From an uncultured Gemmataceae bacterium (GTDB lineage Bacteria; Planctomycetota; Planctomycetia; Gemmatales; Gemmataceae): a stretch of 64,000 nucleotides of DNA. The stretch spans positions 928,001 through 992,000 of the forward strand of contig CAVVPN010000011.1 of assembly GCA_963750165.1 (NCBI GenBank), read 5' to 3'. The first letter of the stretch is position 1, and each line of letters opens with the position of its first letter. Below, one piece after another: positions 1-10,800 of this stretch. Both the position numbers and the translations under genes were made by a program. The notes under the pieces were generated by a model. It made no database searches. It was not told the DNA's origin and saw only the letters and a program-made list of their open reading frames with translations.

Positions 1-3000
1 AAAACCGTATCGTGTCAACGCTCCCCGTCATCAGGGTTTTGCCGTCGGGGCTGAAGGCCACGGATTTGACCTCGTCTGGATGTTGCAAGGGCAGTCCGAC
101 CTGCTTTCCTGTGGCGACCTCCCAAAGCCGCGCCGTGTTGTCCCAGCTCCCCGTTAATACGGTCTTACCGTCCGGGCTAAAGGCAACCGCATTAACGCCG
201 TTTTGATGCTGCAAGGGAGGTCCGAGCGGTTTGCCTGTCGCCGTCTCCCACAATCGCGCTGTCTTGTCAACGCTCCCCGTCAATACGGTCTTGCCGTCCG
301 GGCTGAAGGCCACTGCCACAACCTGGCCTCGATGCAGCAGGGGTGGTCCGAGTTGCTTGCCCGTGGCGGCCTCCCACAGCAGCCCGCCGTCAGCCCCGGT
401 CAGGACGATCTCGCCGTTTGGGCTGAAGGCCGCCGCATTAACGCCGTTTTTATGCAGCAGGGGTGGCCCGAGTTGCCTGCCCGTGGCGGCGTCCCACAGC
501 CGCGCCGTGCGGTCATAACTCGCTGTCAGCAAGATCTTGCCGTCGGGGCTGAAGGCCACGGTTCTAACCCAGCCTTGATGCTGCAGGGGAATTCCGCGCT
601 GTTTGCTTGTGGCCACCTGCCAAAGCCGTGCTGTCTTATCAGCGCTTCCCGTCAGCACGGTGTCGACGTCCTGACTGAAGGCCACGGCGCCAACCGTATC
701 TTGATGCTGCAGTAGCCCGATCTGCTTGCCCGTGGCCGTTTCCCATAGCCGCGCCGTTTTGTCCCTGCTCCCCGTCAACGCGGTCTTGCTATCCCGGCTG
801 AAGGCCACGGCCCAAACCTGGTCGCGATGCTGCAGGGGCAGTCCGGCCTGTTTGTGTGTGGCCGCCTCCCACAGCCGCGCCGTGTTATCCTGGCTTGCGG
901 TCAGCACGGTCTTGCCGTCGGGGCTGAAGGCCACGGCCTTGACCCCGGCTTGATGCTGCAGGGGTAGCCCGAGTTGCCTGCCCGTGGTCGTCTGCCATAG
1001 CCGCGCCGTATTATCACTGCCACCCGTCAACACGGTCTTGCCGTCCGGACTGAAGGCCACGGCAAGAACCAGGTTTTGATGCCGCAAGGGTGGTCCGAGT
1101 TGCTTGCCGGTGGCCGTCTCCCACAATCGCGCTGTGCTGTCACTGCCTCCCGTGAGAACGGCCTTGCTGTCTGGGCTGAAGGTCACAGCATTAATCCCTC
1201 CTTGATGTTCCAGGAGTGGTCCGAGCGGCTTGGCTGTGGCCGTCTCCCACAGCAGCGCCGTGTTGTGAACGCTTCCTGTCACGACGGTCTTGCTGTCCGG
1301 GCTGAACGCGACGGCCGTAATCGTTCCGCCATGCTGCAGGGGTAGTCCGATGTGCTTGCGCGTGGTGGCATCCCACAGCCTCACGCTCAAATAGTCTGCC
1401 GTCAGCACGATGTTGCCGTTTGGGCTGAAGGCCACACGGTCGACCACGGATTGATGCTTCAGCGAAGGGCCGAGCTGCTTGCCCGTGGCCGTTTCCCAAA
1501 ATGTCGCCTCGCCTTTCCGGAAATTATCCGCAGCGCTGGCTGTCAGCAGGGTCGCGCCGTCCGGGCTGAAGGCCACGGCGTAAACGATGCCTTTATGATG
1601 CAGCGTTGGTCCGACTTGTTTGCCCGTGGTAGTCTTCCACAGCCGCACCACGTCAGAGGCGCCCGTGACGAAGGTATCGCCGTCGGGGCTGAAGGCCACG
1701 GTCCTAACCCCCCCGCCTTGATTCTGCATGGGCGGACCGAGCGGCTTGCCGGTGGCCGTCTCCCACAGCCGCGCCGTCTGGTCGTCGCTGCCCGTCAGCA
1801 GCGTCTTGCCGTCCGGGCTGAAGGCCATGGCCATCACGACGCCTTGATGAGAACACGCTGCGCGCAATGGGCGCACGTCCTGGGACCACGCGCCCAGGTG
1901 CAATAAGATCGAATCCGCCACGGATTGATCCTTTAGCGCGACGGCTCCGGACAATAGTTGCGCGGCCCCAAGCATGGCCACGGGGGTTTCCTCCCGAGAT
2001 CGAAAATAAATACGGTCGAAGCGAGCCTGCAACTCGTTCTTGATTGCCAGGGCCAGGGCCTCCTTCGTCTTGCCCTGCTCCTTTTCCAGGATTACGCGGG
2101 CCTCGGTTTCCGCCGTCGCCTTGGCGGCCTCCGCGTCGCGGGCGTCGGAAATCGCTTTCACCGCAACCTTGCGCTGCTCCGCTTCGTCCTTCCTCGCCTG
2201 TTCGGTCTTGTCCCGTTGGTCGAGCGCATCGACGAGGCCGCACGTTGTCCCGACGATGCCGGCCAGCAACGTTGTGAGCACGATGGCTGCCGCCGTCACC
2301 GTGCCGCGGTTGCGTTTGACGAATTTGCTCAGCCGATACCCGGCCGACGGCGGTCGTGCTTCCACGGCTTCATCCGCCAGATAGCGCTGGATGTCGCGGG
2401 CCAGGCCGCTGGCCGTTTCGTAGCGCCGCTCACGCTTTTTCTCCAGGCACTTCATCACGACCCAGTCGAGTTCACCACTCAACATCGCCATCAGCTTTTT
2501 CGGCTCCGTCTGCCGAAGCGCCGCCAGCGACGCCAACGCCTCATTGGTCGAGAGCCGCGTACTGGGCCGCGCCGGATCCTCCTCGCGGATCATACGGATC
2601 ATCTCCGTCAGCGCTGCCTTTTTCATACGCACAGCGTCGAGCGGCTTTAGCCCCGTTAGCAACTCGTAGAGAATCACGCCCAGGGAGTAGATGTCTGCTC
2701 GGGTGTCAATGTCCTCGCCGGAAAACCCTGCCTGTTCCGGCGACATGTACTCGAACGTGCCGATCACGGCGCCGAAGTGCGTGGACACCGATTCGTCGGT
2801 GAGTTTGCCCGCCGTTGCCTTCGCCACGCCAAAGTCGATCACCTTGGGTACCGGCCTCGCGTCAATCAACGTTACCAGGATGTTGGCCGGCTTGAGGTCG
2901 CGGTGAACGATGCCTTTTTGATGCGCGTGCTGCACCGCCTGGCAGATCGGCACGAACAGTTCCAGCCGCTCTTTCGGCGTCAGCCTGGCTTCGTCGCAGA

Positions 3001-3550
3001 ACCTGGTCAGCGGCAGGCCGTTGACCAGTTCCATGACGAAAAACGGCTGACCAGTCGGCGTCATGCCGCCATCGAGCACGCGGGCGATATTCGGATGATC
3101 CATCAGCGCCAGCGCCTGCCGTTCCTGCTCGAAACGCGATAGCACCGCTTTGGAGTCCATGCCGGTCTTGATGAGTTTCAAAGCCACCTTGCGCTTGACC
3201 GGCTCGGTCTGTTTGGCGACCCAGACCTCACCCATGCCGCCTTCGCCGAGCTTCTGTTGCAATGTGTAGCGGCCGGCGACGACCAGGCCGGGCTCAAACT
3301 GCGGGCGGTAGTCGCTGGTGGCGTCGGGATGGGGTGACGGTCCGCCCGGATCGGAATCGACGGTCGCATCTCCTGTCTCGGCTCGCGGTAACGGCGAGGC
3401 GTCGTTGGCCCGAAGTAGGGCCTCGACCCGGCCACGAAGTTCGGCGTCGCCGCCGCACTCGCGCTCCAGATAGGCGGCACGTTCCGCCGGATCGGCGAGG
3501 TCCGATGCGGCCAGGAACAAGGATTTCGCTCGCGCGGCATCGACCGCCAT
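1..3550 (-). CDS. Ser/Thr protein kinase with C-terminal WD40 repeats (3' end runs off the window)
   Basis: Not in the ORF track, consistent with running off the edge. ATG at 3550 (MAVDAARAKSLFLAA) follows GAGGTG. Kinase motifs GEGGMGEV, VALK, HRDLKPAN, DFG and YMSPEQ. Many AVAFSPDGK..ARLWE repeats continue in the same frame down to position ~50. Confidence 0.9.
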   Translation of the reverse strand, partial: MAVDAARAKSLFLAASDLADPAERAAYLERECGGDAELRGRVEALLRANDASPLPRAETGDATVDSDPGGPSPHPDATSDYRPQFEPGLVVAGRYTLQQKLGEGGMGEVWVAKQTEPVKRKVALKLIKTGMDSKAVLSRFEQERQALALMDHPNIARVLDGGMTPTGQPFFVMELVNGLPLTRFCDEARLTPKERLELFVPICQAVQHAHQKGIVHRDLKPANILVTLIDARPVPKVIDFGVAKATAGKLTDESVSTHFGAVIGTFEYMSPEQAGFSGEDIDTRADIYSLGVILYELLTGLKPLDAVRMKKAALTEMIRMIREEDPARPSTRLSTNEALASLAALRQTEPKKLMAMLSGELDWVVMKCLEKKRERRYETASGLARDIQRYLADEAVEARPPSAGYRLSKFVKRNRGTVTAAAIVLTTLLAGIVGTTCGLVDALDQRDKTEQARKDEAEQRKVAVKAISDARDAEAAKATAETEARVILEKEQGKTKEALALAIKNELQARFDRIYFRSREETPVAMLGAAQLLSGAVALKDQSVADSILLHLGAWSQDVRPLRAACSHQGVVMAMAFSPDGKTLLTGSDDQTARLWETATGKPLGPPMQNQGGGVRTVAFSPDGDTFVTGASDVVRLWKTTTGKQVGPTLHHKGIVYAVAFSPDGATLLTASAADNFRKGEATFWETATGKQLGPSLKHQSVVDRVAFSPNGNIVLTADYLSVRLWDATTRKHIGLPLQHGGTITAVAFSPDSKTVVTGSVHNTALLWETATAKPLGPLLEHQGGINAVTFSPDSKAVLTGGSDSTARLWETATGKQLGPPLRHQNLVLAVAFSPDGKTVLTGGSDNTARLWQTTTGRQLGLPLQHQAGVKAVAFSPDGKTVLTASQDNTARLWEAATHKQAGLPLQHRDQVWAVAFSRDSKTALTGSRDKTARLWETATGKQIGLLQHQDTVGAVAFSQDVDTVLTGSADKTARLWQVATSKQRGIPLQHQGWVRTVAFSPDGKILLTASYDRTARLWDAATGRQLGPPLLHKNGVNAAAFSPNGEIVLTGADGGLLWEAATGKQLGPPLLHRGQVVAVAFSPDGKTVLTGSVDKTARLWETATGKPLGPPLQHQNGVNAVAFSPDGKTVLTGSWDNTARLWEVATGKQVGLPLQHPDEVKSVAFSPDGKTLMTGSVDTIRF

Positions 3551-3646
3551 GGTTCACCTCTGGGATCGGTATGATTCTGACTGTCCCAGCGAGGGGGGAT
3601 ACTCTCAATGCCCCATCCGGGGGAAAAGTGTCTCGCGGATTCTGAG

Positions 3647-4192
3647 TTATTTTTCCAGAGCCTCGCGAAGCCAAGCCCGCGCGTATTTCCAGTTCCGATA
3701 AGCCGCCGCGCGCGAGAGCCCCAATGCCTCGCCCACCTCGCTGACGGAGATGCCACCGAAGAGGCAGAGGTGAGCGACCTGTGCCGCGGCGGCATCCTCC
3801 TCGCCGAGTCGGGTGAGCAGTTCGTCCAGCGACAGGATGAGGTCGGGATCCTCGGCGAGGAAACCGATCTGATCGAGCAACTCGAGCCGAACCCGCCCGC
3901 CACCCCGCTTCAGCCGTTTCCGGTCTCGGGCGTGGTTGACCAGGATCCGCCGCATCGCTTCCGCCGCAGCCGTGAAGAAGTGCCCGCGGCCGTTGAACTG
4001 CTGGTCGCCGACCAACCGCAGATAGGCTTCATGGACCAGGGCGGTCGCGTTGAGAATGTGGCCTGGCGCTTCGGCGGCCATCTTCGCGACGGCGAGTTTC
4101 CGCAATTCGTCATAGACGAGGGGGAGCAATTCCGCGGCGGCTTGGCGGTCCCCCTTCTGGGCAGCTTCGATGAGTTGGCTCAGATCAGACAT
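3647..4192 (-). CDS. ECF RNA polymerase sigma factor, TIGR02999/ECF43-like
   Basis: LLPLVYDELRKLA, TALVHEAYLRL, FF.AAAEAMRRILV.HAR and W.YARAWL motifs; lies directly upstream of the kinase. Confidence 0.93.
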   Translation of the reverse strand: MSDLSQLIEAAQKGDRQAAAELLPLVYDELRKLAVAKMAAEAPGHILNATALVHEAYLRLVGDQQFNGRGHFFTAAAEAMRRILVNHARDRKRLKRGGGRVRLELLDQIGFLAEDPDLILSLDELLTRLGEEDAAAAQVAHLCLFGGISVSEVGEALGLSRAAAYRNWKYARAWLREALEK

Positions 4193-4468
4193 AAAGGCTT
4201 AGTTTACAGACCGTTGAGTGGCCCGCAACTGAACGAGGATGGAGAACTGAGCATCAGCTTGTCTTTAGGATCGTCGCCTCACACCGCGCCGAGCCGCTTC
4301 GCCTCTTCGTGATTCGCCGGGCCGACATCGGCCCAACCGAGGCTTGTCGCAAGCCCATAGACGCCATCGGCACCGCACTGAGAGCCGACGAGCGGATCTT
4401 CGACGGATGCCTCGCCGTCGAGCGGTATTGCTGGCCGGTCGGCACGTTGCGCGCCTCGGTCCGACACG

Positions 4469-4623
4469 CGAATGGCACGTAGATCTCGAAAAAATCGTCA
4501 TAATGGAAAAGCTGGGTAGCTACCCAGCTTGCCCAGTTTCAAGAAAAAAGGCAGATCTACGTGCCATTCGTCCGACACGCCGACGCTGGTTGCGCTGGCC
4601 GATGTGCCGAATGGCACGTAGAT
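4469..4623. repeat. Nested inverted repeats and palindrome in an intergenic region
   Basis: CGAATGGCACGTAGATCT (4469-4486) has a perfect inverse copy at 4553-4570 and a 16-bp third copy at 4608-4623. A 22-bp perfect palindrome AAGCTGGGTAGCTACCCAGCTT lies at 4509-4530. Confidence 0.85.
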
Positions 4624-4976
4624 TAGTCGAAACCCTTGTGCAGTAGCAACTTGTGCTTCGGCGCCAACTTCGGCGCCGAAGCGCCGAAAACGCGGCGCCG
4701 TTCGTCGCAGCCGGAAAAACATCAAGGGCTTTGGGGGTCAGATGTTACAGCCGACCACCTGTCAAGGCCATAACTACTTATTCAAAAACAGCTTACGAAG
4801 AACTAAGTGCCATTCGTCGATGTGACCTGTGCACCTGGCACTACGGCTCGAACTCACGTCGGGTGGGGCGGACCGACGCGCGCAAGGTTAGTTTAGCAAC
4901 CTGCCCAGCAACCGCACCCGGAGCGGACGCGGCTTACCCCCACGAAATTCCCGTTTCAGATCGGTAGGGCCTACTT

Positions 4977-5150
4977 GTTTTGACGGCGGCGGCGACCTTG
5001 ACCAGGCCCAGCGCGTGGATGAGGTGGCGTGGCAGCGGCTGGCCGGAGATGGGAAAGTTCTCGACGGCGCTGCGTCTGGGCGCCGTAGTACGCTTGGGCC
5101 GGGAACCTCACGTCGCCCATCGAATCGCGTTCGGTGCGGAACTCGCTCAC
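4977..5150 (-). pseudogene. fumC: 5' remnant of class II fumarate hydratase (about 57 codons, frameshifted and truncated)
   Basis: SEFRTERDSMGDVRFPAQAYYGAQTQR, then in a shifted frame VENFPISGQPLPRHLIHALGLVK. Similarity ends at about 4977. Confidence 0.85.
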
Positions 5151-5249
5151 GGCTGGCTTCTCCCGAGGAGGACTGCGAATCCTCTTCGGGAGTCGTAATA
5201 ACAATCGTGCCGGAAGAAAGCGGGCGGTGGTCGAGCGTGGTGGCGTCGC

Positions 5250-7025
5250 TTAGCCGTTGGTGAAGAACTCCGGCCCCGCCAGGAACTCCGCCTCCAGCGT
5301 CAGCAGGTCCAGCGGCAGGCCGGCCAGGCTCGACAGTTCCGCGGCCGACGCCGGCCGGTGCAGCAGGCTCTGGAAGTCGCCCGCCACCACGTTGGAGCGA
5401 TGCTCCGCCGAGTTGGTGAACGCCGCCGCCACGCCCTGCAATCCCAACCCGGGCAGCGCACCGTACCAGCCGGCCAGCTCGGCGGCGCTGCCGGTGCGGC
5501 CCAGCGTCAGCCGGTACAGCGCCTGCACGTAATCCGTGTCGATGTGCCCCAGGAACTCCGGCGAACTGAGGAAGGCGGCCTGCACGTTCTCCGCGCTGGC
5601 CCCCGACTGCAACTCGGTGATCCAGCCCGCGCGGCCGGCGTCGGACTGCCGGCCCAGGTACTGCAGGTAGTAGCCGTCGATGACGCGGCCCAGCGCCTCG
5701 CGGGAGCGGAGGATGCCGTTGACGATGTTTTTTTGGTTGACGTTAGGGATGGCCAGCCAGCCGTCCAGCTCGGCGAGTGTGCCGCTGCGCCCCAGCGCGT
5801 CGTTGTACAGCGTCTGCACAAACGCCCGGTTGGCGTTCAGCGGAGCGCTGACATCGATGACGCCGTTGCCGGTGACGGAGCCGGACACGCCGTCGTCGAT
5901 CACCAGATTGGGCGCGGCCCCGAAGATATTGTTCCGGGCGGGCAGGGTCGCACCTGAGGAAGTCTCGAGCAGCAAGATAGCGGCCGAGGTTAGGGTGCCC
6001 AGGGTGGTGAAGCCGCGGAAGTCGTTGCCGCCCAGGCTGCCGAGCGCACCGCCGCCGAGGTCGGCGTTGACGTTGGCGTCGTTGCTGTCGGTGCCCTGGA
6101 ACAACACTCCGTATTTGTCGCCGTGGAAATCATTCCCCTGCACCAACACGGTCAAGTTGGCCTGGTTGAATGGATAGAGGAGCAACCCAGAGCCTTGGTT
6201 GCCGGTATCGATCGTGTTGTTCAGGATCCGAGCAAAAGCGACTGCCGAGGCGTCCCCGGTGACCATTAACATGCCGCGGGGACCGAAGCCGCCGGTCAAG
6301 GAGATGCTGTTGTTGGCGACGACCACGGGCGCGGCCGCGGTCCCGCTGTCTCGCACATAGATGGCAAGAGATCCTCCATCCACGCTAATGAAACTGTTGG
6401 ACTGGACCAACAGGCCCGTGTCATTGCTGGCGGCCAACATCTCAATCGCGGGGCCGGTAAACGTGTTGAACGTGACCACGTCGTTGGTGGCCGTGCCCCC
6501 CGTGTCGCCGCTCAGGGAGACCGCGCCGGTGATCCGGTTCTGGGTAATGGTGTTGCCGCCGTTACCCGCCGCCGCCGTCAACTCGGTGATGGTGTTGACC
6601 AGCGAACGCTGCACCGTCATCGCGCCGATCTCGGCGGAGATCGTCACCGTGCCAAGATTCAGGTTCAGGAGGCGGACGCCGGGGGCGGTGATGTTGAGGT
6701 CGTAACTGGGCAGGATGTCGCCCGGGATGTTGGGGTCGCCCTGGATCAGGACCCCCGTCTGAAAGACGTTGACGGGGCCGGGGTCGGGTTGGACGCCGGG
6801 CTCGATGGTGATCGTGCCGCCGTTGCCCGCCAGGGACATGGCGTTGCCGGCGAGGGCGTGGAAGTGCGTGCCGTCGAGCGGCACCGTGTAGGGGACGACG
6901 AACACGCTCGCCGGCACGGCGCGCCCCTCCAGGCGCTCCAGGGTCAGGCGCGCGCGCCGGGGGAAGGGACGCCGGCCGCTGGCCGCGCCCTGTTGACGAG
7001 ATGGCAAATGCGTAAACCAGGTCAT
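5250..7025 (-). CDS. Exported beta-helix + DUF4214 protein, array copy A (591 aa)
   Basis: Planctomycete export motif RLTLERLEGRAVPA; Asn/Thr/Ile-rich parallel beta-helix repeats; C-terminal FVQTLY..ALGR..G..ELDGW / FLSSPEF repeats typical of DUF4214. Confidence 0.85.
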   Translation of the reverse strand: MTWFTHLPSRQQGAASGRRPFPRRARLTLERLEGRAVPASVFVVPYTVPLDGTHFHALAGNAMSLAGNGGTITIEPGVQPDPGPVNVFQTGVLIQGDPNIPGDILPSYDLNITAPGVRLLNLNLGTVTISAEIGAMTVQRSLVNTITELTAAAGNGGNTITQNRITGAVSLSGDTGGTATNDVVTFNTFTGPAIEMLAASNDTGLLVQSNSFISVDGGSLAIYVRDSGTAAAPVVVANNSISLTGGFGPRGMLMVTGDASAVAFARILNNTIDTGNQGSGLLLYPFNQANLTVLVQGNDFHGDKYGVLFQGTDSNDANVNADLGGGALGSLGGNDFRGFTTLGTLTSAAILLLETSSGATLPARNNIFGAAPNLVIDDGVSGSVTGNGVIDVSAPLNANRAFVQTLYNDALGRSGTLAELDGWLAIPNVNQKNIVNGILRSREALGRVIDGYYLQYLGRQSDAGRAGWITELQSGASAENVQAAFLSSPEFLGHIDTDYVQALYRLTLGRTGSAAELAGWYGALPGLGLQGVAAAFTNSAEHRSNVVAGDFQSLLHRPASAAELSSLAGLPLDLLTLEAEFLAGPEFFTNG

Positions 7026-7099
7026 GACGGATCCTTTCCAGGGTCACAGCCGCGCGCAGGCGGGACGCCTGCACCTCGGAAGGAGAAGCGGGTCGCCGC

Positions 7100-8875
7100 T
7101 CAGCCGTTGGTGAAGAACTCCGGGCTCGACAACACCGCTGCCTCCAGCGTCAGCAGGTCCATCGGCAGGCCGGTCAGACTCGACAGTTCCGCGGCCGACG
7201 CCGGCCGGTGCAGCAGCGTCAGGAAGTCGCCCGCCACCACCTGAGACCGGTGCTCCGCCGAGTTGGTGAACGCCGCCGCCACGCCCTGCAGCCCCAGCTG
7301 CGGCAGCACGGTGTACCAGCCGGCCAGCTCGGCGGCGGCGCCGGTGCGGCCCAGCGTCAGCCGGTACAGCGCCTGCACGTAATCCGTGTCGATGTGCCCC
7401 AGGAACTCCGGCGAACTCAGGAAGGCGGCCTGCACGTTCTCCGCGCTGACCCCCGACTGCAGCAGGTTGATCCAGCCTTCGCGGCCGGCGTCGGACTGTC
7501 GGCCCAGGTACTGCAGGTAGTAGCCGTCCACGACCCGGCCCAGCGCCTCTCTGGAGCGGAGGATGCCGTTGACGATGACCGCCTGGTTGACGTTGGGGAT
7601 GGCCAGCCAGCCGTCCAGCTCCGCCAGCGTGCCGCTGCGCCCCAGCGCGTCGTTGTACAGCGCCTGCACGAAGGCCCGGCCGGCGCTCAGCGAGGAACTG
7701 ACGTCGATGACGCCGGTGCCGGTGGCGGCGCCGGACACGCTATCGTCGATCACCAGGTTCGGCGCGGCCCCGAAGATATTGTTCCGGGCGGGCAGGGTCG
7801 CACCCGAGGAAATGTTGAAAAGCACGATGGCGGCCGAGGACTGGGTGCCCAGGGTGGTGAAGCCGCGGAAGTCGTTGCCGCCCAGACTGCCGAGCGAACC
7901 GCCGCCGAGGTCGGCGTTGACGTTGGCATTGTTGCTGTCGGCGTCCAGTAAATACACTCCGAATTTGTCGCCGTGGAAATCGTTCCCCTGCACTAACACG
8001 CTGAAATTGGCCTGGTAGCCTGGGTCGAGGATCAGCCCAATGCCTTGGTTGCCGGTATTGATCGTGTTGTTCACGATCCGAGCAAAAGTAACCAAGGGGG
8101 CTGGCAGAGTCACATCAATGCCGTCGGGAACACCGGTGCCGGTCAAGGAGATGGTGTTGTTGGCGATGACTACCGGCGCGGCCGCCGTACCGCTGTTTTG
8201 CAATCTAATGGCCTGCTGATAATCGCTGCTGCCAATAAAGCTGTTGGACTGGATCAACAGGCCCATTTCATTTTGGGCGTACAAGATCATACCGGCGTTG
8301 CTGGCAAACGCGTTGAATGTGACGATATCATCGGTCACAGCGAATCCGCTGTTGCCGTTCAGGAAGACGTTGCCCGTGATCTGGTTCTGAGTAATGGTGT
8401 TGGAACCATTGCCCGACACGGCGGCCGTCTCGTTGATATTGTAGACCAGCGTGTGCTTCACCGTGGTCGTGTTGACGCCGGCCCCAATGGTCACCGTGCC
8501 GAGCCGCAGATTCAGGAGACTGACGCCGCTGGCGTTGACGTTGATGTCGTAGCTGGGCAGGATGTCGCCTGGGATGTTGGGGTCGCCCCGGATCACCACC
8601 GCCCCCTGGGTGACTGTGACTGCCCCTGGGTCAGGGATGGCGCCGGGCTCGATGGTCACCCTGCCGAGGGTGCCGGCCGCGGGCAGCGCGGCAGTCAGCG
8701 CGTGGAAGTGTGTGGCATCGAGCGGCACGGCGAGTGGGACGACGAACACGTTGGCCGTCAACAGGGTGCGCTCCTCCAGGCGCTCCAGGGACAGGGGCGT
8801 ACGTTTCTGGGAGGGACGCCGGGCGTGAGCCTGCGCGGCCCGCTGCCGAGACTGTGAACGGGTAAACCAGGTCAT
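7100..8875 (-). CDS. Exported beta-helix + DUF4214 protein, copy B (591 aa)
   Basis: LSLERLEERTLLTA motif; paralog of copy A. Confidence 0.85.
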   Translation of the reverse strand: MTWFTRSQSRQRAAQAHARRPSQKRTPLSLERLEERTLLTANVFVVPLAVPLDATHFHALTAALPAAGTLGRVTIEPGAIPDPGAVTVTQGAVVIRGDPNIPGDILPSYDINVNASGVSLLNLRLGTVTIGAGVNTTTVKHTLVYNINETAAVSGNGSNTITQNQITGNVFLNGNSGFAVTDDIVTFNAFASNAGMILYAQNEMGLLIQSNSFIGSSDYQQAIRLQNSGTAAAPVVIANNTISLTGTGVPDGIDVTLPAPLVTFARIVNNTINTGNQGIGLILDPGYQANFSVLVQGNDFHGDKFGVYLLDADSNNANVNADLGGGSLGSLGGNDFRGFTTLGTQSSAAIVLFNISSGATLPARNNIFGAAPNLVIDDSVSGAATGTGVIDVSSSLSAGRAFVQALYNDALGRSGTLAELDGWLAIPNVNQAVIVNGILRSREALGRVVDGYYLQYLGRQSDAGREGWINLLQSGVSAENVQAAFLSSPEFLGHIDTDYVQALYRLTLGRTGAAAELAGWYTVLPQLGLQGVAAAFTNSAEHRSQVVAGDFLTLLHRPASAAELSSLTGLPMDLLTLEAAVLSSPEFFTNG

Positions 8876-8945
8876 GACGGATCCTTTCCAGGTGTCACAC
8901 CCGCGGCAGGCGCGACGCCCGCGCCACGAAAGAAGATGCCGCCGC

Positions 8946-10729
8946 TCAGCCGTTGGTGAAGAACTCCGGGCTCGACAACACCGCTGCCTCCAGCGTCAGC
9001 AGGTCCAGCGGCAGGCCGGACAGGCTCGAAAGCTCCCCCGCCGACGCCGGCCGGTGCAGCAGCGTCAGGAAGTCGCCCGCCACCACCTGAGACCGGTGCT
9101 CCGCCGAGTTGGTGAACGCCGCGGCCACGCCCTGCAGCCCCAGTTGCGGCAGCGCGCCGTACCAGCCGGCCAGCTCGGCGGCGTCGCCGGTGCGGCCCAG
9201 CGTCAGCCGGTACAGCGCCTGCACGTAATCCGTGTCGATGTGCCCCAGGAACTCCGGCGAACTCAGGAACGCGGCCTGCACGTTCTCCTCACTGACCCCC
9301 GACTGCAGCACGGCGATCCAACCCGCGCGGCCGGCGTCGGACTGGCGGCCCAGGTATTGCAAGTAGTAGCCATCGACGACCCGGCCCAGCGCCTCGCGGG
9401 AGCGCAGGATGCCGTTGACGATGATCGTTTGGTTGACGTTGGGGATGGCCAGCCAGCCGTCGAGTTCGGCGAGCGTGCCGCTGCGCCCAGCGCGCTGTTG
9501 TACAGCGTCTGCACGAAGGCCCAGCCGGCGCTCAGCGAGGAACTGACGTCGATGACGCCGGTGCCGGTGGCGGCGCCGGCCACGCCGTCGTCGATCACCA
9601 GGTTGGGCGAAGGCCCGAAGATATTGTTCCGGGCGGGCAGGGTCGCACCCGAGGAAGTGCCGAAAAGCAAGATGGCGGCCGAGGCCATGGTGCCGAGGGC
9701 GGAGAAGCCGCGGAAGTCGTTACCGCCCAGGCTGCCGAGCGCCCCGCCACCGAGGTCGGCGTTGACGTTGGCGTCGTTGCTGTCGGTGCCCTGGAACACC
9801 ACTCCGTATTTGTCGCCGTGGAAATCATTCCCCTGCACCAACACGGTCAAGTTGGCCTGGTTGAAGGGTTCGAGGAACAACCCAATGCCTTGGTTGCCGG
9901 TATTGATCGTGTTGTTCAGGATCCGAGCAAAAACAACTGCCGAGGCATCCCCGGTGAACAGTAAAATGCCGCGGGGATTGAAGCCGCCGGTCAAGGAGAT
10001 GCTGTTGTTGGCGACGACCACGGGCGCGGCCGCGGTCCCGCTGTCTAGCAATCCGATGGCAGTCTGAGTGCCACTGTACTCGCCAGTGAAGCTATTGGAC
10101 TGGACCAACAAGCCCGCGTCCTCATAACCAACCAAGCACCCCGCCGGGGTGGTATTGGTGAACGCATTGAACGTGACGACGTCGTTGGTGGCCGTGCCCC
10201 CGCTGTTTCCCGACAGGAAGACCAAGCCCGTGATCTGGTCCTGGGTGATGGTGTTGCTGCCGTTGCCCGACGCGGCCGTCGTCTCGATGATGGAGTTGAC
10301 CAACGAGCGCTTCACCGTGGTCGTGTTGACGCCCGCGGCAATCGTCAGCGTGCCGAGGTGCAGGTTCAGGAGGCGGACGCCGCTGGCGTTGACGTTGAGG
10401 TCGTAGCCGGGGAGGATGTCGCCCGGGACGTTGGGGTCTCCCTGGATCACCACCCCGAACTGAGTGACGCTGGTGGCCGCGGCGTCGGGGTCGGCGCCGG
10501 GCTCGACGGTCACCGTGCCGAGGGTGCCGGCCGCGGGCAGGGCGGCGGTCAGCGTGTGGAAGTGCGTGGCATCGAGCGGCACGGCGACCGGCACGACGAA
10601 GACGCTGGCCAGCAGGGCGCGCTCCTCCAGGCGCTCCAGCGTCAGGCGCGCACGCCGGGGGAAAGGGCGCCGGCCGTTGGACTGGGCCGCGCCCGGTTGC
10701 CGAGACGGCGAACGGGTAAACCAGGTCAT
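8946..10729 (-). CDS. Exported beta-helix + DUF4214 protein, copy C (frameshift at about 9487)
   Basis: ORFs 9263-10729 and 8946-9362 join. There is CCC at 9486-9488 where the sister copies have CCCC. Confidence 0.8.
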
Positions 10730-10800
10730 GAGGGGTCCTTTCCAGGTGTCACACCCGCGCGCAGGCGCGACGCCTGCGCCACGAAAGCAGATGCCGCCAC

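Noticed and set aside
12..1906. Repetitive plus-strand ORFs (LPSGLKATA) and an about 126-bp periodicity suggesting a repeat array or CRISPR
   Set aside because: They are the reverse complement of the WD40 repeats (AVAFSPDGK); there is no repeat-spacer structure and no cas gene.
4840..4935. Possible distal att copy (GGCTCGAACTCACG, GGAGCGGACG)
   Set aside because: Short, mismatched and not collinear with the tRNA fragment.
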